Positions 10,317 through 21,774 of a DNA stretch of 64,000 nt are shown here, in pieces; the first letter of the stretch is position 1, and every line of letters starts with the position of its first letter. The position numbers and the translations under genes were made by a program. Source of the stretch: Bryobacterales bacterium (GTDB taxonomy: Bacteria; Acidobacteriota; Terriglobia; Bryobacterales; Bryobacteraceae). The DNA lies in NCBI GenBank assembly GCA_963738525.1, contig CAVTXC010000011.1, forward strand, positions 56,891-120,890, given 5' to 3'. The notes below the pieces were generated by a model that was not told the DNA's origin, made no database searches, and saw only the letters and a program-made list of their open reading frames with translations.

Positions 10317-11255
10317 ACGCCATTCAGAAGAACACCCCTTTGCTTCAGGGCCGCCGAGATGTCGGCAGGCGTCTTGCCCGTAGCCTCGATGTCGAAGATC
10401 ACGATGTTGGTTTCCACGGCGGCGGGGTCGATCGAAACGCCGGGAATCCCGTCGATCAGTTGGGCAAAACAGCGGGCGTTCGCATGATCGGATTTCAACT
10501 TCGGGGGCGTGTCTTCCAAGGCGATCAATCCGGCCGCGGCGAGAACACCCGCTTGGCGCATGCCACCGCCGAGGCGCTTGCGATAGAGGCGGGCGCGGGC
10601 TATGTTCTCTGCGCTGCCAGCCAGCATGGACCCTACCGGGGCGCCGAGAGCCTTGGACAGGCAGAACATCACGGTGTCGACATCGCGGACAATGCGCCCG
10701 ACGGGGACGTCGAGAGCCGCCGCGGCGTTGAAGACGCGAGCGCCATCCATATGCACTTTGAGATGGAGAGCACGGGCCCCAGCACAGATTTCGTCGAGGT
10801 CGGTGAGCGGATAGACGCGTCCCCCGAGCATGTTGTGCGTGTTCTCGATCTCGATGCACGCGGTAGGGGCGTTATGAGGACCGAAAGCGCGGAGCCCTTT
10901 GCGGTAGTGCTCCCAACGAGGAATGGTTCCGGACGCGGATACGGGGCGGAGCAGGCAGCCGGCAAACCAGGCGACCATGGAGAGTTCCCAATCGAGCAGA
11001 TGGCGCGCGCTCATCGCACACGATCTCCTGCCCGTGCTCGGTATGGAGCTTCATGCCGATCACGTTCCCCATGGTGCCAGTGGGGACGAACAAGGCGGCT
11101 TCCTTGCCGGTGATCTCGGCGGCGCGCTGTTCGAGGCGGTTGACGGTGGGATCTTCGCCGTAGACGTCATCTCCGACTTCGGCTTCGGCCATGGCGCGAC
11201 GCATGGCTTTGGTGGGACGGGTTACGGTGTCGCTGCGGAGATCGATAAGGCTCAT
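10217..11255 (-). CDS. ltaE: Low-specificity L-threonine aldolase (one frameshift near 11010)
   Basis: [75 protein letters not shown]. Confidence 0.93.
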
Positions 11256-12340
11256 GCGTTTAGGAATTCCCCGAGCACTTCGTTGGAGACCATCACGCCC
11301 CTCGAGGTCAGGCGCAAGCGCGAGCCATCCTGATCGAGCAGGCCGTTGGTTACAAGTCGGCGGATGGCCGTATGATGCCGGCCCAAATCCGCCGCTGAGA
11401 CGGCGATGCCTTCGGTCATGCGGAGCCCGACGAAGAACTGCTCTTCTTCTTCCCGCGCGTCGCTCTCCTCGGCGCGAGCGTGCGGGCTCAGGCGGATGTA
11501 GTCCTGCGCGGATTCCGCATTGCACCATCGACGTCCGTTGTCGAGCGAGTGGGCGTCGGCTCCAAAGCCGAGGTAAGGTTCGCGACGCCAATACTTGAGG
11601 TTGTGTAGCGACGCGTACCCGGGTTTGGCGAAGTTCGAGATCTCGTAGCGCGGAATGCCCAGGGACGCGAGCCGCTCCACAGCCGCTTCGTAGAGCTCCG
11701 CGGTGAGGTTCTCATCGGGGGCATCGCCAGCTCCGTAACGCACTCCGCCGAGCAGCATTTCCTTGCCGAGGCGGCTGTCTTCATCGATCTCGAGCATGTA
11801 GACGGAGACGTGGGGCGGGTCTAGATGCTCGATCCAGTCGAGGGAGACCGACCAACTGGCGGCGGTCTGGCCGGGCAGTCCCGCGATGAGGTCGAGGTTG
11901 ATGTTGGTCAGCCCTTCGGCGCGCAGAAGGGCGACGTCCGCGGCGGCGATTTCAGGAGTGTGCCGACGGCCGGTCCGAGCGAGCTCCGCGCGGACGAACG
12001 ATTGAGTGCCCAAGCTGACGCGATTAATCCCAGCGGCTTGCCAAGCTTGTATGCCAGCTGCATGGATCGAGCCGGGAGCGACCTCGATGGTGGCCTCGCG
12101 CCAGGGCGCGCCGGGGACTGCGCGCAGAATTCGCCCGAGCACCGCCGGGTCGAGAGCGCTGGGCGTTCCACCGCCGATATACAGGGTTTCGGGAGTCCAT
12201 CGAAATGCGGCGGCTTCGATTTCCTTCAGGAGGGCGGAGGGGTATTCGGCTTCGAGCGCGCGGGGCATGACGCCCGAGGCGAAATTGCAGTAGGTGCACT
12301 TTTGCGCGCAGAACGGATAAGAGAGATAAACGCCGGCCAC
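11252..12340 (-). CDS. hemW: Radical SAM heme chaperone HemW (HemN-like)
   Basis: [12 protein letters not shown] (CxxxCxxC), [15 protein letters not shown] and HNLKYW (HNxxYW HemW signature); probable GTG start at 12340. Confidence 0.85.
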   Translation of the reverse strand: MAGVYLSYPFCAQKCTYCNFASGVMPRALEAEYPSALLKEIEAAAFRWTPETLYIGGGTPSALDPAVLGRILRAVPGAPWREATIEVAPGSIHAAGIQAWQAAGINRVSLGTQSFVRAELARTGRRHTPEIAAADVALLRAEGLTNINLDLIAGLPGQTAASWSVSLDWIEHLDPPHVSVYMLEIDEDSRLGKEMLLGGVRYGAGDAPDENLTAELYEAAVERLASLGIPRYEISNFAKPGYASLHNLKYWRREPYLGFGADAHSLDNGRRWCNAESAQDYIRLSPHARAEESDAREEEEQFFVGLRMTEGIAVSAADLGRHHTAIRRLVTNGLLDQDGSRLRLTSRGVMVSNEVLGEFLNA

Positions 12341-12407
12341 TCTCTTCCATGATAGATTCACTTGCACGTGACACGCGCCGCGCGCTAATCTCGCACCAAG
12401 CCAAAAC

Positions 12408-13463
12408 ATGCTGCTGCCTTCCACTTATTTCGCGACGCTGTCGCTGATGCTGCTCTCCATGATCTGTTGGGGATCATGGGCCAACACCCAGAAGCTTACC
12501 GGGAAATGGCGGTTTGAACTCTTCTACTTCGACTACGCGTTCGGGGTGCTGCTGGTAGCGATCATCCTCGCGTTTACGTTTGGGACCTTCGGGTTCGATG
12601 GATTTGCGACGTTGGACGATATTGAAAAGGCAGGCAAGCATCAAGATCTGTATGGCTTCGCGGGCGGGATTGTGTTCAACCTGGCGAACATGCTGCTGGT
12701 GGCTTCGATCTCGATTGCCGGATTGGCGGTGGCATTTCCAATCGCTATCGGTCTTGCGTTGGTAATTGGTGTGGTGCTGAATTACATGATCGATCCGGGC
12801 GGGAATCCGGTGCTGCTGTTTGCCGGTGTAGCGTTCGTTATCGCTGCCGTGGTGGTCACCGCCATGGCATATCGCGCATTCGAGGCGCAGAAGCTGGACG
12901 AGGCAATCCGCAACGGAACGACACGCACGACAGTCAAGCAAGTCAGCTTGAAGGGCGTGCTGATCAGCTTAGTGAGCGGGGTTCTGATGGGCTTGTTCTT
13001 TCCGATTGTGCAGCTCGGGGTGTACCGCGAGCATACGAACGAGGCGGGACTGGGCCCCTATGCCATGGGGCTGATCTTTGCGCTGGGCGTGTTTTTCTCG
13101 ACGTTCCTGTTCAACATGTTCTTCATGAACCTGCCCGTAGAAGGCCGTCCCGTGGAGATCTACGAGTACTTCAGCGGGACGAACAAGCAGCATGCGCTCG
13201 GTATTGTGGGCGGAATGATCTGGGGCGTGGGAGCCGTTTCGAACTTCGTCGCGGCGAGCGCCCAGGGGAACGCGCGCGTGGGTCCGGCCGTGAGTTATGT
13301 CGTAGGACAGGGCGCCACGATGGTGAGCGTGTTGTGGGGGTTGCTGTATTGGAAGGAATTCAGAGGCGCAAAGGGCCGGGTCAATGTGTTAATCGGTTTC
13401 ATGCTGGCCGCGTATGTGATCGGCTTGGTGCTGGTGGCGCTGGCGCCTGTGTTTACGAGTTAA
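12408..13463 (+). CDS. DMT-superfamily membrane transporter (GRP/ureide-permease-like)
   Basis: About 10 hydrophobic segments; SMICWGSWANT, RFELFYFDY, GLAVAFPIAIG, LWGLLYWKEF. Confidence 0.75.
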   Translation: MLLPSTYFATLSLMLLSMICWGSWANTQKLTGKWRFELFYFDYAFGVLLVAIILAFTFGTFGFDGFATLDDIEKAGKHQDLYGFAGGIVFNLANMLLVASISIAGLAVAFPIAIGLALVIGVVLNYMIDPGGNPVLLFAGVAFVIAAVVVTAMAYRAFEAQKLDEAIRNGTTRTTVKQVSLKGVLISLVSGVLMGLFFPIVQLGVYREHTNEAGLGPYAMGLIFALGVFFSTFLFNMFFMNLPVEGRPVEIYEYFSGTNKQHALGIVGGMIWGVGAVSNFVAASAQGNARVGPAVSYVVGQGATMVSVLWGLLYWKEFRGAKGRVNVLIGFMLAAYVIGLVLVALAPVFTS

Positions 13464-13467
13464 GGGG

Positions 13468-13494
13468 AGGGCCCACAAAAGTTGTGTGGGCCCT
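13468..13494. terminator. Probable bidirectional intrinsic terminator hairpin
   Basis: AGGGCCCACA-aaagttg-TGTGGGCCCT: perfect 10-bp stem between convergent stops at 13463 and 13503. Confidence 0.6.
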
Positions 13495-13502
13495 GATTAC
13501 GC

Positions 13503-15239
13503 CTACTGAATGGAGATGGTGAGCGGTAAGGCAGCGGCGCCCTGCATCGAGAGCGTTAAGCCCACATCTCCGCCGGCGGGCGGTACATAGGTGGACGGGA
13601 TGGTGACGTTGACCTGGTACAGGCCGACGAAGCCAGGAGCCAGTCCCGCAAAGGAAGGCGTTAGTTGAGTCGTGGCGCTGAACCCACCTCCCAGTGTCAC
13701 CATTACGGGCGAGCTAACTGATTGCAGCGGACTCGCCGTCGGGCTGGCGCCGGTTACGGCTGCCGGGGTGGTTTGTCCCAGACCAATGCAATAGATGACG
13801 AGCGTATCGCCGGGGACGGCCGGTTGGTTCGGCAGCAGGGTGGTGGTGCTTACCGGAATCTTGCCGGTGTTGTAGTCGACGATGATGGGTACGTTGCCGG
13901 GAAAAACCAGAACGCGAGGCTGCCGGGCGACCACGGGGACGGAGACCTTATTACCTGCGACCCCGTTGTTGATCACCTGGACGGCAACCGTTCCGACGGG
14001 GGTCTCATAAGGAATCTGGAAATCGATCTGGCCGGTGGAGGTGTAGTAGAGCGGCGCGGCCAGATTGTTGACCAGCACCTGCACATTGCTGAGGGTGGTG
14101 GGAAGCGGAACGGATTCCGCGAAGGTCAGGTCTGCGCTCGAGAACTGAGAACCATACGCGGCGGCAATATCGCCGGGCGCGACGGGAGTCTTCCCGATGG
14201 CGTTGTCGACGACGCCGCCGATGTTGATCAGAGGTCCGGACTGGGTGGTGACGAGCAGGCTGACAGGAATAATCAAGGAGGAGTTATTGACCGCGTTGGT
14301 GTCGATGGCGACGGAGCCTTGGTAGAGTCCCGGCTGGAGCGATGCGGTATTGGCGGTAATGGTGACCGAGCCTCCGCCGATGGCCAGAGTCGCGGTGAGC
14401 CATCCGGAACCAGTTGTCGTGGTGGGCGTAGCGGAGTTGACCGTCAAACTGCCTTGGCCGGTGTTTGCGATGGAGACCACGGAAGCCGGTTGCGCGTTGA
14501 CGCCGCCGACGAGAGTGACAGCGGTGGTGGAGAGTTGGGCGATCGGCGACGTGGTGACCGTCAGGTTCACGGGAACCGTCACGTTATCGGACGCTGTATT
14601 GCCACCGGAGATAGCGATGCTGCCGGTGTAGTTTCCCGCGGTCTGGCTAGACTGCGTCGTTACTTTCACCTGGTAGGGATAGTAGAAATCGAAGCTGCCG
14701 TTGCCGCTCAGCGAGACGGTCAACCAGTTCCCTCCGCTGGCAGTGCTCGCTTGGGCGTTGACGACGCCGTGCGTGTTGAGGGTAGCGGTAGCAGTGCCTC
14801 CGTTGGGGGCTGCGTATAGCTGGATCGGCGTCTTGGAAACGAATCCGACAACGGTGAGAACAACAGCGACTGTTTGTGGGGAATCCACCGCGTTCGGATC
14901 CGAGATCGAAACGATTCCGGTGTAGGTGCCGGCCGCCAGCGCGGCGGTGTTGAAGGTGAGGTTCAGCGGCAAGCAGTTTCCGGTGAATGTTCCCGTGGGG
15001 CAGGTCACTTGCGCGCCGACAGTGGGGGTCAGCCAGGTGGCGCTCGACGAGACCGACGGGCTAAGCGTGCCGGTGCCCGCATTGTAAATTTCCACCGTTT
15101 GGGATGCAGCGTTTGTGCCGGAGGCGATGGCTGGAACATTCAAGGCGGCGGTGCTCAACCGCATGACCGGGCCGCTGATTTGCGCAGAGGCACAGAGAGT
15201 GCCGAAAAAGAAAACCGAGGATCTAAAAACCAATCTCAT
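13503..15239 (-). CDS. Secreted protein with three BACON/Ig-like repeats and C-terminal TIGR03437-type domain
   Basis: Signal peptide; repeated WLT....L.AGTY.G.V.I units; GGVVDNA, VAPGDIAAAYG, APLYYTSTGQIDFQIPYE, PAVPGDTLVIYCIGLG, FAGLAPGFVGLYQVNVTIP. Confidence 0.8.
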   Translation of the reverse strand: MRLVFRSSVFFFGTLCASAQISGPVMRLSTAALNVPAIASGTNAASQTVEIYNAGTGTLSPSVSSSATWLTPTVGAQVTCPTGTFTGNCLPLNLTFNTAALAAGTYTGIVSISDPNAVDSPQTVAVVLTVVGFVSKTPIQLYAAPNGGTATATLNTHGVVNAQASTASGGNWLTVSLSGNGSFDFYYPYQVKVTTQSSQTAGNYTGSIAISGGNTASDNVTVPVNLTVTTSPIAQLSTTAVTLVGGVNAQPASVVSIANTGQGSLTVNSATPTTTTGSGWLTATLAIGGGSVTITANTASLQPGLYQGSVAIDTNAVNNSSLIIPVSLLVTTQSGPLINIGGVVDNAIGKTPVAPGDIAAAYGSQFSSADLTFAESVPLPTTLSNVQVLVNNLAAPLYYTSTGQIDFQIPYETPVGTVAVQVINNGVAGNKVSVPVVARQPRVLVFPGNVPIIVDYNTGKIPVSTTTLLPNQPAVPGDTLVIYCIGLGQTTPAAVTGASPTASPLQSVSSPVMVTLGGGFSATTQLTPSFAGLAPGFVGLYQVNVTIPSTYVPPAGGDVGLTLSMQGAAALPLTISIQ

Positions 15240-15592
15240 AATGAATCAAACACACCCTTCTTAAGAGCCCACAGATAACCGACGAGCAGGATTGTGAGGA
15301 ATACTCCTGCTTCCGCCACACCAAACCAACCCAACGCCCGATAGCGAACCGCCCAAGGGAACAGGAAGATGGTCTCGGCGTCGAAGATCACAAACAGGAT
15401 GGCCACGACATAGTAGTGAACCGAGAAACGGCCGCGCGCATTGGATTCGGCCGGGATACCACATTCATAGGCTTCCAATTTCGTTTTCGATGGAGCCGAC
15501 GGCCTTAGAAGACTGGCGAGCAATAACGAGGCCACTGGCAGAAGCGTGGCAAGTATAAGGAATACCAACAGCGGGATATATTCACGAGGCAT
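15236..15592 (-). CDS. nuoA: NADH-quinone oxidoreductase subunit A (stand-alone)
   Basis: KLEAYECG, RFSVHYYVVAILFVIFDAETIFLFPWAV, GYLWALKKG; three TM segments. Confidence 0.92.
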   Translation of the reverse strand: MPREYIPLLVFLILATLLPVASLLLASLLRPSAPSKTKLEAYECGIPAESNARGRFSVHYYVVAILFVIFDAETIFLFPWAVRYRALGWFGVAEAGVFLTILLVGYLWALKKGVFDSL

Positions 15593-15656
15593 TTAGGAGG
15601 GAAAGACTGTTTCCGGCGTACACAACGAAAGGGACAGAGCGACACGCAGGGCGTGA

Positions 15657-16569
15657 CTACTTGGCAAAACCTAATTTCCGCAGCGTAGGGATCGGCTCCG
15701 GATCGGCAAATTGCGTGAGATTGCCGACCTGACGTCCATTTTCAATGGCTACTCCGGCGGGGGTCGCTTTATAAGGGAACGTCTTTTTGAGAAGCTCGAA
15801 GCTGCTGGCGGTCACGCCGTTGAGGCCCGTGCGCTCGACGAAGGCCGGCGCGAATTGAGGATGTACGACGGGCTGGCCGACGAATTTGGTGGAGCCCCAG
15901 TCAAGCTTGGCCATCCGCTCACCGGCGTCGAGGCAATGCATGCATTCCGGATCGTAGAAGTAGATAAAGACCTTGCCGGTGCCGATTGCGTAAGGCTGGC
16001 CGTTGACGGTGATGGTGTCGGGAGCCTTGGTTCCGGTCTGCCGGGCAGACGCTACGCCGAAGGAGACGAGAGCGAAAACGGCGGTGATGCCCAAGACCAC
16101 AGCGGGGAGACGAAGACGGCGGGTAGCGGTAGTCCAGAGGCCCGCGACGACGGCAAGCAACATCATGATTCCGTCTTCGACGAAGAACGCGGGTCCGACC
16201 GCGCGTTTCACCCACGGGAAGCAACTGCAATCCGCGCCGCGAAGGTCATTGTAGAAAAACCCGATGTAGGCCATGAAGGCGGCGAGAAGGAAGATTCCGA
16301 GCCAAGAAGCCCATTTGCGATAGCCAGGAATCAGGAACAGGAGGCCGGTGAATGTTTCGACGGTTCCTAAGCCGACAGCGAACGGAATGCTGATCGCCTG
16401 CGGTAATTTCAGGTTGGTCATCAAGCACCGCCGCGCCAAACGGGTCGAGGATATGGAACAGACCGGCGGCCAAAAAGACAATCGCGATGAGGATAGCGGC
16501 GGTCCAATTGAGCACCTGCTTCCAGGCAGGTTGCTCGAACACGCGGTCCATGGTCAGTGCCTGATTCAT
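15657..16569 (-). CDS. MauE/DoxX-type membrane protein fused to a thioredoxin-like CxxC domain (frameshifted near 16430)
   Basis: TM segments with LGTVETFTGLLFL and ADCSCF; C-terminal FIYFYDPECMHC and TP motif. Confidence 0.65.
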
Positions 16570-16595
16570 AGCCTTCTTCATTGTACGCTGTTGAA

Positions 16596-18285
16596 ATGCT
16601 TCGACTTGCAATCTGGTTATGACGGCCTTGAGCGGCGATTTGCTTCGCACAAAATGCCGATCTCGTCATCACCAACGCGCATATTTATACGGTTGACCCG
16701 CAACGTCCGTCGGCTACGGCGTTGGCGGTACGCGGGCAACAAGATCTTGCGTAGGGGAGGACGTCACGCCGTTCATTGGGGCCGGACACGAAGCAAGATC
16801 GACGCGCACGGGAGGGCGATTATTCCCGGGTTTATCGATTCCCACGGGCACATGGAAACGTTTGGGGCAGGGCTGGATCGATTGGATTTGCGCGGCGTGG
16901 CGTCCCAAGCGGAGATTGCGTCGAAGGTGGCCAAGGCGGCCGAGACGACAAACGCCGGGCGAGTGGATCGTGGGTCACGCGTGGGATCAGAATTTGTGGC
17001 CGTCCAAAGCGTTTCCGGATAAGCGATCGCTCGACGCCGTCGCCGCGGACCAGTCCGGTGTCGCTCACCCGCGTGGATGGACATGCGATATGGGTGAACT
17101 CAAGCGCGCTCGAGATGGCGGACATCAACTTGCCACGACCGGATCCGCCGGGCGGAAGGATCGATGCGCGATGCGGCAGGCGCTCCGACGGGGGTGCTGA
17201 TCGACAACGCAAGGGGCCTCGCGGCGAGAAAGATTCCGGCACCCACGCCCGAGCAGCGAGAGGCGTGGCTGGAGGCGGCGGCGCCGCGTGCGCCAAGGTG
17301 GGACTGACGACGGTTCACGACGCGGGCATTGGGCAGCCGACGCTCGACGCCTACCGGGCATTATTGCGCAATGGCCGACTTCCCATTCGCATTTACGCGA
17401 TGATTCTGCTGCCGAGCAACCAGGACTTGTGGGTGAAGTATCAAGCACGGGGGCCGGAGATTGGCGATTTCCTGACGGTGCGCAGCTTAAAACTGCTGGC
17501 GGACGGCGCGCTGGGCTCGCGTGGCGCGGCTATGCTCGAGCCATACACGGACGATCCAGGCAATAGTGGCCTGTTGATTCTTTCGCGAGATTACATCGAG
17601 AAGAAGGCGCGCGAGGCGATAGCCGCCGGATTCCAGGTGAACACGCACGCCATCGGGGATCGCGCAAATCGCATGGTGCTGCAGGCCTATGAGGCGGCGC
17701 TGCGGGACGCTACGGGGAAGGGCAACGAACCGGGAGCGCAGCCAGGGCTGACCAACGACCGGCGTTTTCGCGTGGAACATGCGCAGATCGTCGCGCCGGA
17801 GGACTTTCGCGTTTCGCGCGACAATTCGATCATTGCGTCCATGCAGCCGACCCACGCTACAAGCGACATGCCGTGGGCGGCAGCGCGCGTGGGAGGAAAG
17901 CGCATTCAGGGCGCCTATGCGTGGCAGACTATGCGCAAGCTAGGCGTGCACCTGGCGTTCGGTTCGGATTTTCCGGTGGAGGATCCGAACCCGATCTGGG
18001 GCTTTTACTCCGCGATCACGCGCCAGGACCACGAGGGCAGTCCCGCTGGCGGCTGGTTTCCGGAGCAGCGGCTGACCCGCGCCGAGCGCTGCGAAGCTGG
18101 ACGATCGAGGGCGCTTACGCGGCGTTCGAGGAGGATCGCAAGGGATCGCTGACGCCCGGCAAGCTGGCCGATCTGTCATTCTTTCCGACGACATCATGCA
18201 GGTTGCGCCGGCACAGGTCTGGAAGACGCGGGTGTTGATGACCGTGATTGACGGCAAAATCGTATACCAGGAAAAGCGATTGCTG
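16596..18285 (+). CDS. Amidohydrolase (YtcJ-like, amidohydro_3), frameshifted; end approximate
   Basis: ADLVITNAHIYT, IPGFIDSHGH, RVDGHAIWVNS, KLLADGALGSRGA, HAIGDRAN, RVEHAQ, SMQPTHA, FGSDFPVE, GSLTPGKLAD. Confidence 0.85.
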
Positions 18286-18826
18286 CGTTCTTCTTGCAAT
18301 ATTGCTGGCGACGCCGCTGCATGCGGAGGATCGCTGCGCCACGGGAACGAAGTTCCGCATCCCGCCGCACGATTACCGCTTTATTCCGCTGCGCATCGTG
18401 AACTGGCCGGCAACTTTGATCTGGAATCGCCGAAGTCTCGAAGGCGCGCCGGTCGCGGTGGAACTGCTGAGCAGCGGGAGCTGGCGGAACTTGTGCGCGG
18501 GCGGTCCGATGAGTTCATCCTGAAGGTGAACCGCCGGCTGGAAACTGCGATTTTCGCCAGCCGCTGCCGGACAACGGCGAGTATGAAATTGTGCTGATGA
18601 ACGATCACCGAGCAGCCGAGCGATATCGCCTTCGAGGCGACGGTGGAGTTTCCGCGCGAGCCGGACGTAGCGCGCTATTTGTCGCCAGGAACGCAGCCTG
18701 GCCGTGATTGCAATCAGCCTGTTTGATATTCATGGTGATTATGGCTTGGTCAGGATTCAGGTTGATGCCGTGCATGAAGACGCCGGGATCGAGCGATTCA
18801 CAATGAAGGCGATCCAAACCACTAAA
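18280..18826 (+). CDS. Hypothetical exported/membrane protein, frameshifted
   Basis: Signal-like LLAILLATPLHAED, FRIPPHDYRFIPL and a hydrophobic C-terminal stretch; fills the gap between amidohydrolase and mqnC; boundaries uncertain. Confidence 0.4.
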
Positions 18827-18839
18827 CTGGAGGTAACCC

Positions 18840-19875
18840 ATGCTCACGCGCGAGCAAGCGCTGGGAGATGTTCGAGTCTGACGACCTGATCGGGATCGGG
18901 ATGGAAGCGGACGCCATGCGCCGCAAGCTGCATCCCGGACGGCGTGGTCAGCTACATCATCGACCGCAATATCAATTACACCAACTTCTGCACGGAGTAT
19001 TGCAGCTTCTGCGCGTTCTACCGCCCGCATGGGGCACAAAGAAGGCTACATGCTGCCGCAAGAGGTGATCTTCGAGAAGATTCAGGAGACGATCGATCTG
19101 GGCGGCACCGGCATTCTGATGCAGGGCGGCCTGCATCCGGATCTGAAGATCGAGTGGTATGAAGATCTGCTCCGCGTCGATCAAGCAGCGGTTCAATATC
19201 TGGACGCACTGCTTTTCCGCGCCGGAGATTACGAACATCGCGGAGGTGAGCGGGATGTCGCTCTATGACACGATTGCGCGCCTGCGCGACGCGGGTCTGG
19301 ATTCGATTCCGGGCGGCGGCGCGGAGATTCTGGACGATGCGGTGCGGTACCGAATCAGCCGGTTGAAATGCGGCGTGCAGGAGTGGGTGGACGTGCATCG
19401 CACCGCGCACGCGCTAGGGATGCGGACCACGGCGACCATGATGTTCGGCTGCGGCGAGACGATCGAGCAGCGCATCAATCACTTCGAACTGGTGCGGCAG
19501 ATTCAGGAAGAGACGGGCGGGTTCACGGCGTTTATTCCGTGGAGCTTCCAGCGCGAGAACACGTCGCTCGGCCGCTTCGTGAAAGAAGAAGCAACGGCGG
19601 TGGAATATCTGAAAACGCTGGCGATCTCGCGCATTTACCTGGATAACATTTTGAACGTGCAGTCGTCCTGGGTGACGCCGGGGTTGAAGACGTGCCAGGT
19701 GGGCCTGCGGTTCGGCGGCAACGACGTGGGCAGCATCATGATTGAAGAGAACGTTGTTTCAGCGGCGGGCGCGCACCATCGCGCGACCGAAGAAGAACTG
19801 CGGCGGTTGATTCGCGATGCCGGGTTTATTCCGAAGCAGCGCGATACGTTGTACCAGCGCTACTTCTTGAATTAA
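18840..19875 (+). CDS. mqnC: Cyclic dehypoxanthinyl futalosine synthase (radical SAM, futalosine menaquinone pathway), frameshifted 5' part
   Basis: GGAGG RBS then ATG 18840; [77 protein letters not shown]. Confidence 0.88.
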
Positions 19876-19877
19876 GG

Positions 19878-20648
19878 CTAGCCTTTGATTCGGAAGTCCC
19901 AGATGCGGGGCTCTACTTTTCCGGGGGTGAACTCGATCACTGCGTACTCGCCCGGCTCCATGGCCTTCTCCGGCCAGATCTTGTAGAGACCTCCTTCCGA
20001 GAGCTGTTTTCGGAAAGACGGGACTTCGACGACGTCTTCGAGGCTTTGATCGGCGACGGGCACGATGGTTACGCGTTCGGCGATGCGCACGCCGCGGTGG
20101 GGTTCCAGCTTGATGATGGCGAAGCGTTCTTCTTTTTCGAGTTGGAGGAAGAATTCCTGGCGGGCTTCGGTGATGAGCGCGGCTGCGTGATCACCATCCA
20201 GTTCAACCGTGGCTTTTCCGGGGATGATAGGCCCGGGGACGGCGAGCTTCAGGAGATTGCGGCCTTTGCTGTTGTGAACTTTGATCTCCGCGAGTTTGAG
20301 GACGGTGAGTTGGCCGGCGTCGGTGAGGGTGTACACGCCGGGGTCCTGCGGGATTTTGAGGATCTGTTGCTGCTCGGCGTGAAGTGCCTTGTCTTCATCG
20401 GAGAGAATTTTCGCCTGGTTCGACAGGACGGCTTTGGTTTCGGCGATTTCGGCCTCGGACTTTCGGATATCGACCAGGCTCACGGGAATCTCTTCCCAGT
20501 CGCTCCGCTCGGTGCTGTAGAACTTGATTCGGTCGCCTTCGCGCTTCCATTCCCGGACGAGATGATAGGTGCCGTCTTTGAGGTAAAGTTTGGCGACGGC
20601 TCCCCAGCCGGCGACAGTCAGCAGTAGAAGCGCAAGCAGAACGCGCAT
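19878..20648 (-). CDS. Hypothetical secreted protein
   Basis: Intact 256-aa ORF with signal peptide MRVLLALLLLTVAGWG and a coiled-coil-like middle. Confidence 0.7.
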   Translation of the reverse strand: MRVLLALLLLTVAGWGAVAKLYLKDGTYHLVREWKREGDRIKFYSTERSDWEEIPVSLVDIRKSEAEIAETKAVLSNQAKILSDEDKALHAEQQQILKIPQDPGVYTLTDAGQLTVLKLAEIKVHNSKGRNLLKLAVPGPIIPGKATVELDGDHAAALITEARQEFFLQLEKEERFAIIKLEPHRGVRIAERVTIVPVADQSLEDVVEVPSFRKQLSEGGLYKIWPEKAMEPGEYAVIEFTPGKVEPRIWDFRIKG

Positions 20649-20766
20649 GCCCTTATTTTAGGCCGTAGCCCGCTGCGAAACTGGCGTGAGGAGTTCTCGG
20701 AAGCTGTGCGAAAGCCGACCCTTTCGCGGCGAAGCGTTGGGAAGCATCTTACATAATGGATTGTAA

Positions 20767-21738
20767 ATGCGTTATCGACGACTGGGCAGGACCAACTTTG
20801 AGGTGAGCGAGATCGGCCACGGCGCCTGGGGGATTGGCGGAGGCCAGTGGCAAGGGCACACGGATAAGGAATCGATGGCGGCGCTCCGGGCTTCGATTGC
20901 CAATGGAGTGAACTTCATCGATACGGCGCTGGCGTATGGCGAAGAGGGGCATAGCGAGCGGCTGGTCGGGCAGGTTGTGAAAGAAGTGGATTCGCGCATC
21001 TACGTTGCGACAAAGGTTCCGCCGAAGAACCGGCTATGGCCGGCGAGACCGGGAATCGGACTCGACGACGTGTTTCCTTACGACTACATCATTGAGAGCA
21101 CGAACCAGAGCCTGAAGAATCTGGGCACCGATGTTATCGACTTGCAGCAGCTGCATGTGTGGAATCCTGAGTGGGTCGGGCGCGATGAATGGCGCCGTGC
21201 GATTGAAGATCTGAAGACATCCGGCAAGGTGCGGGCGATGGGTGTTTCGATCAACGATCACCAGCCGGATTCGGCGATCAGCATCCTGAATACGGATTTG
21301 ATCGATACGGTGCAAGTGATCTACAACATCTTCGACCAGACTCCGGAGCGGCACCTTCTCCCGTTGTGCAAAGAGAAGAACATTGGAGTGATCGCGCGGG
21401 TACCTTTCGATGAAGGTTCGTTGACGGGCCGAATTACCGAAGATTCAGTGTTCGAAGAGAGCGACTTCCGGGCGATGTATTTCCGGGGAGATCGGAAGAA
21501 AGAAGTGGCGTCGCATGTCAACGCTCTGCTGGAAGACATCGATGTTTCCAGCCATGATTTGCCATTGGTGGCGCTGCGCTTCATTCTGACGAACCCGGCC
21601 GTTTCGACGGTGATTCCCGGAATGCGATCGGTATCGAGCGTAGAGATGAATGTTCGCGCGCCGATGCTCGGGCCTTTGCCGGAGCCGTTTTTGAACATCG
21701 TGCGCCGGCATGCGTGGGAGAAGGATTACTACTCCTAA
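20767..21738 (+). CDS. Aldo/keto reductase
   Basis: [59 protein letters not shown]. Confidence 0.92.
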   Translation: MRYRRLGRTNFEVSEIGHGAWGIGGGQWQGHTDKESMAALRASIANGVNFIDTALAYGEEGHSERLVGQVVKEVDSRIYVATKVPPKNRLWPARPGIGLDDVFPYDYIIESTNQSLKNLGTDVIDLQQLHVWNPEWVGRDEWRRAIEDLKTSGKVRAMGVSINDHQPDSAISILNTDLIDTVQVIYNIFDQTPERHLLPLCKEKNIGVIARVPFDEGSLTGRITEDSVFEESDFRAMYFRGDRKKEVASHVNALLEDIDVSSHDLPLVALRFILTNPAVSTVIPGMRSVSSVEMNVRAPMLGPLPEPFLNIVRRHAWEKDYYS

Positions 21739-21774
21739 AAGGTGTTGCGGGGCGGCAACGGCCCCCGGGGGGCG

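Noticed and set aside
9600-10323. Short ORFs in the repeat (9600..9809, 9698..10189, 9741..10073, 10084..10323) as real genes
   Set aside because: They are frame-hopping reads of ada and ltaE remnants; the deletions and indels do not preserve a single frame.
13722-14819. Long antisense ORFs (also 22085..23002, 22743..23651, 10286..11113)
   Set aside because: Shadow frames of well-supported opposite-strand genes in GC-rich DNA, with no motifs.
20708-20727. Hairpin GCGAAAG-ccgacc-CTTTCGC as riboswitch/ncRNA
   Set aside because: A single 7-bp stem with no recognisable RNA family features.
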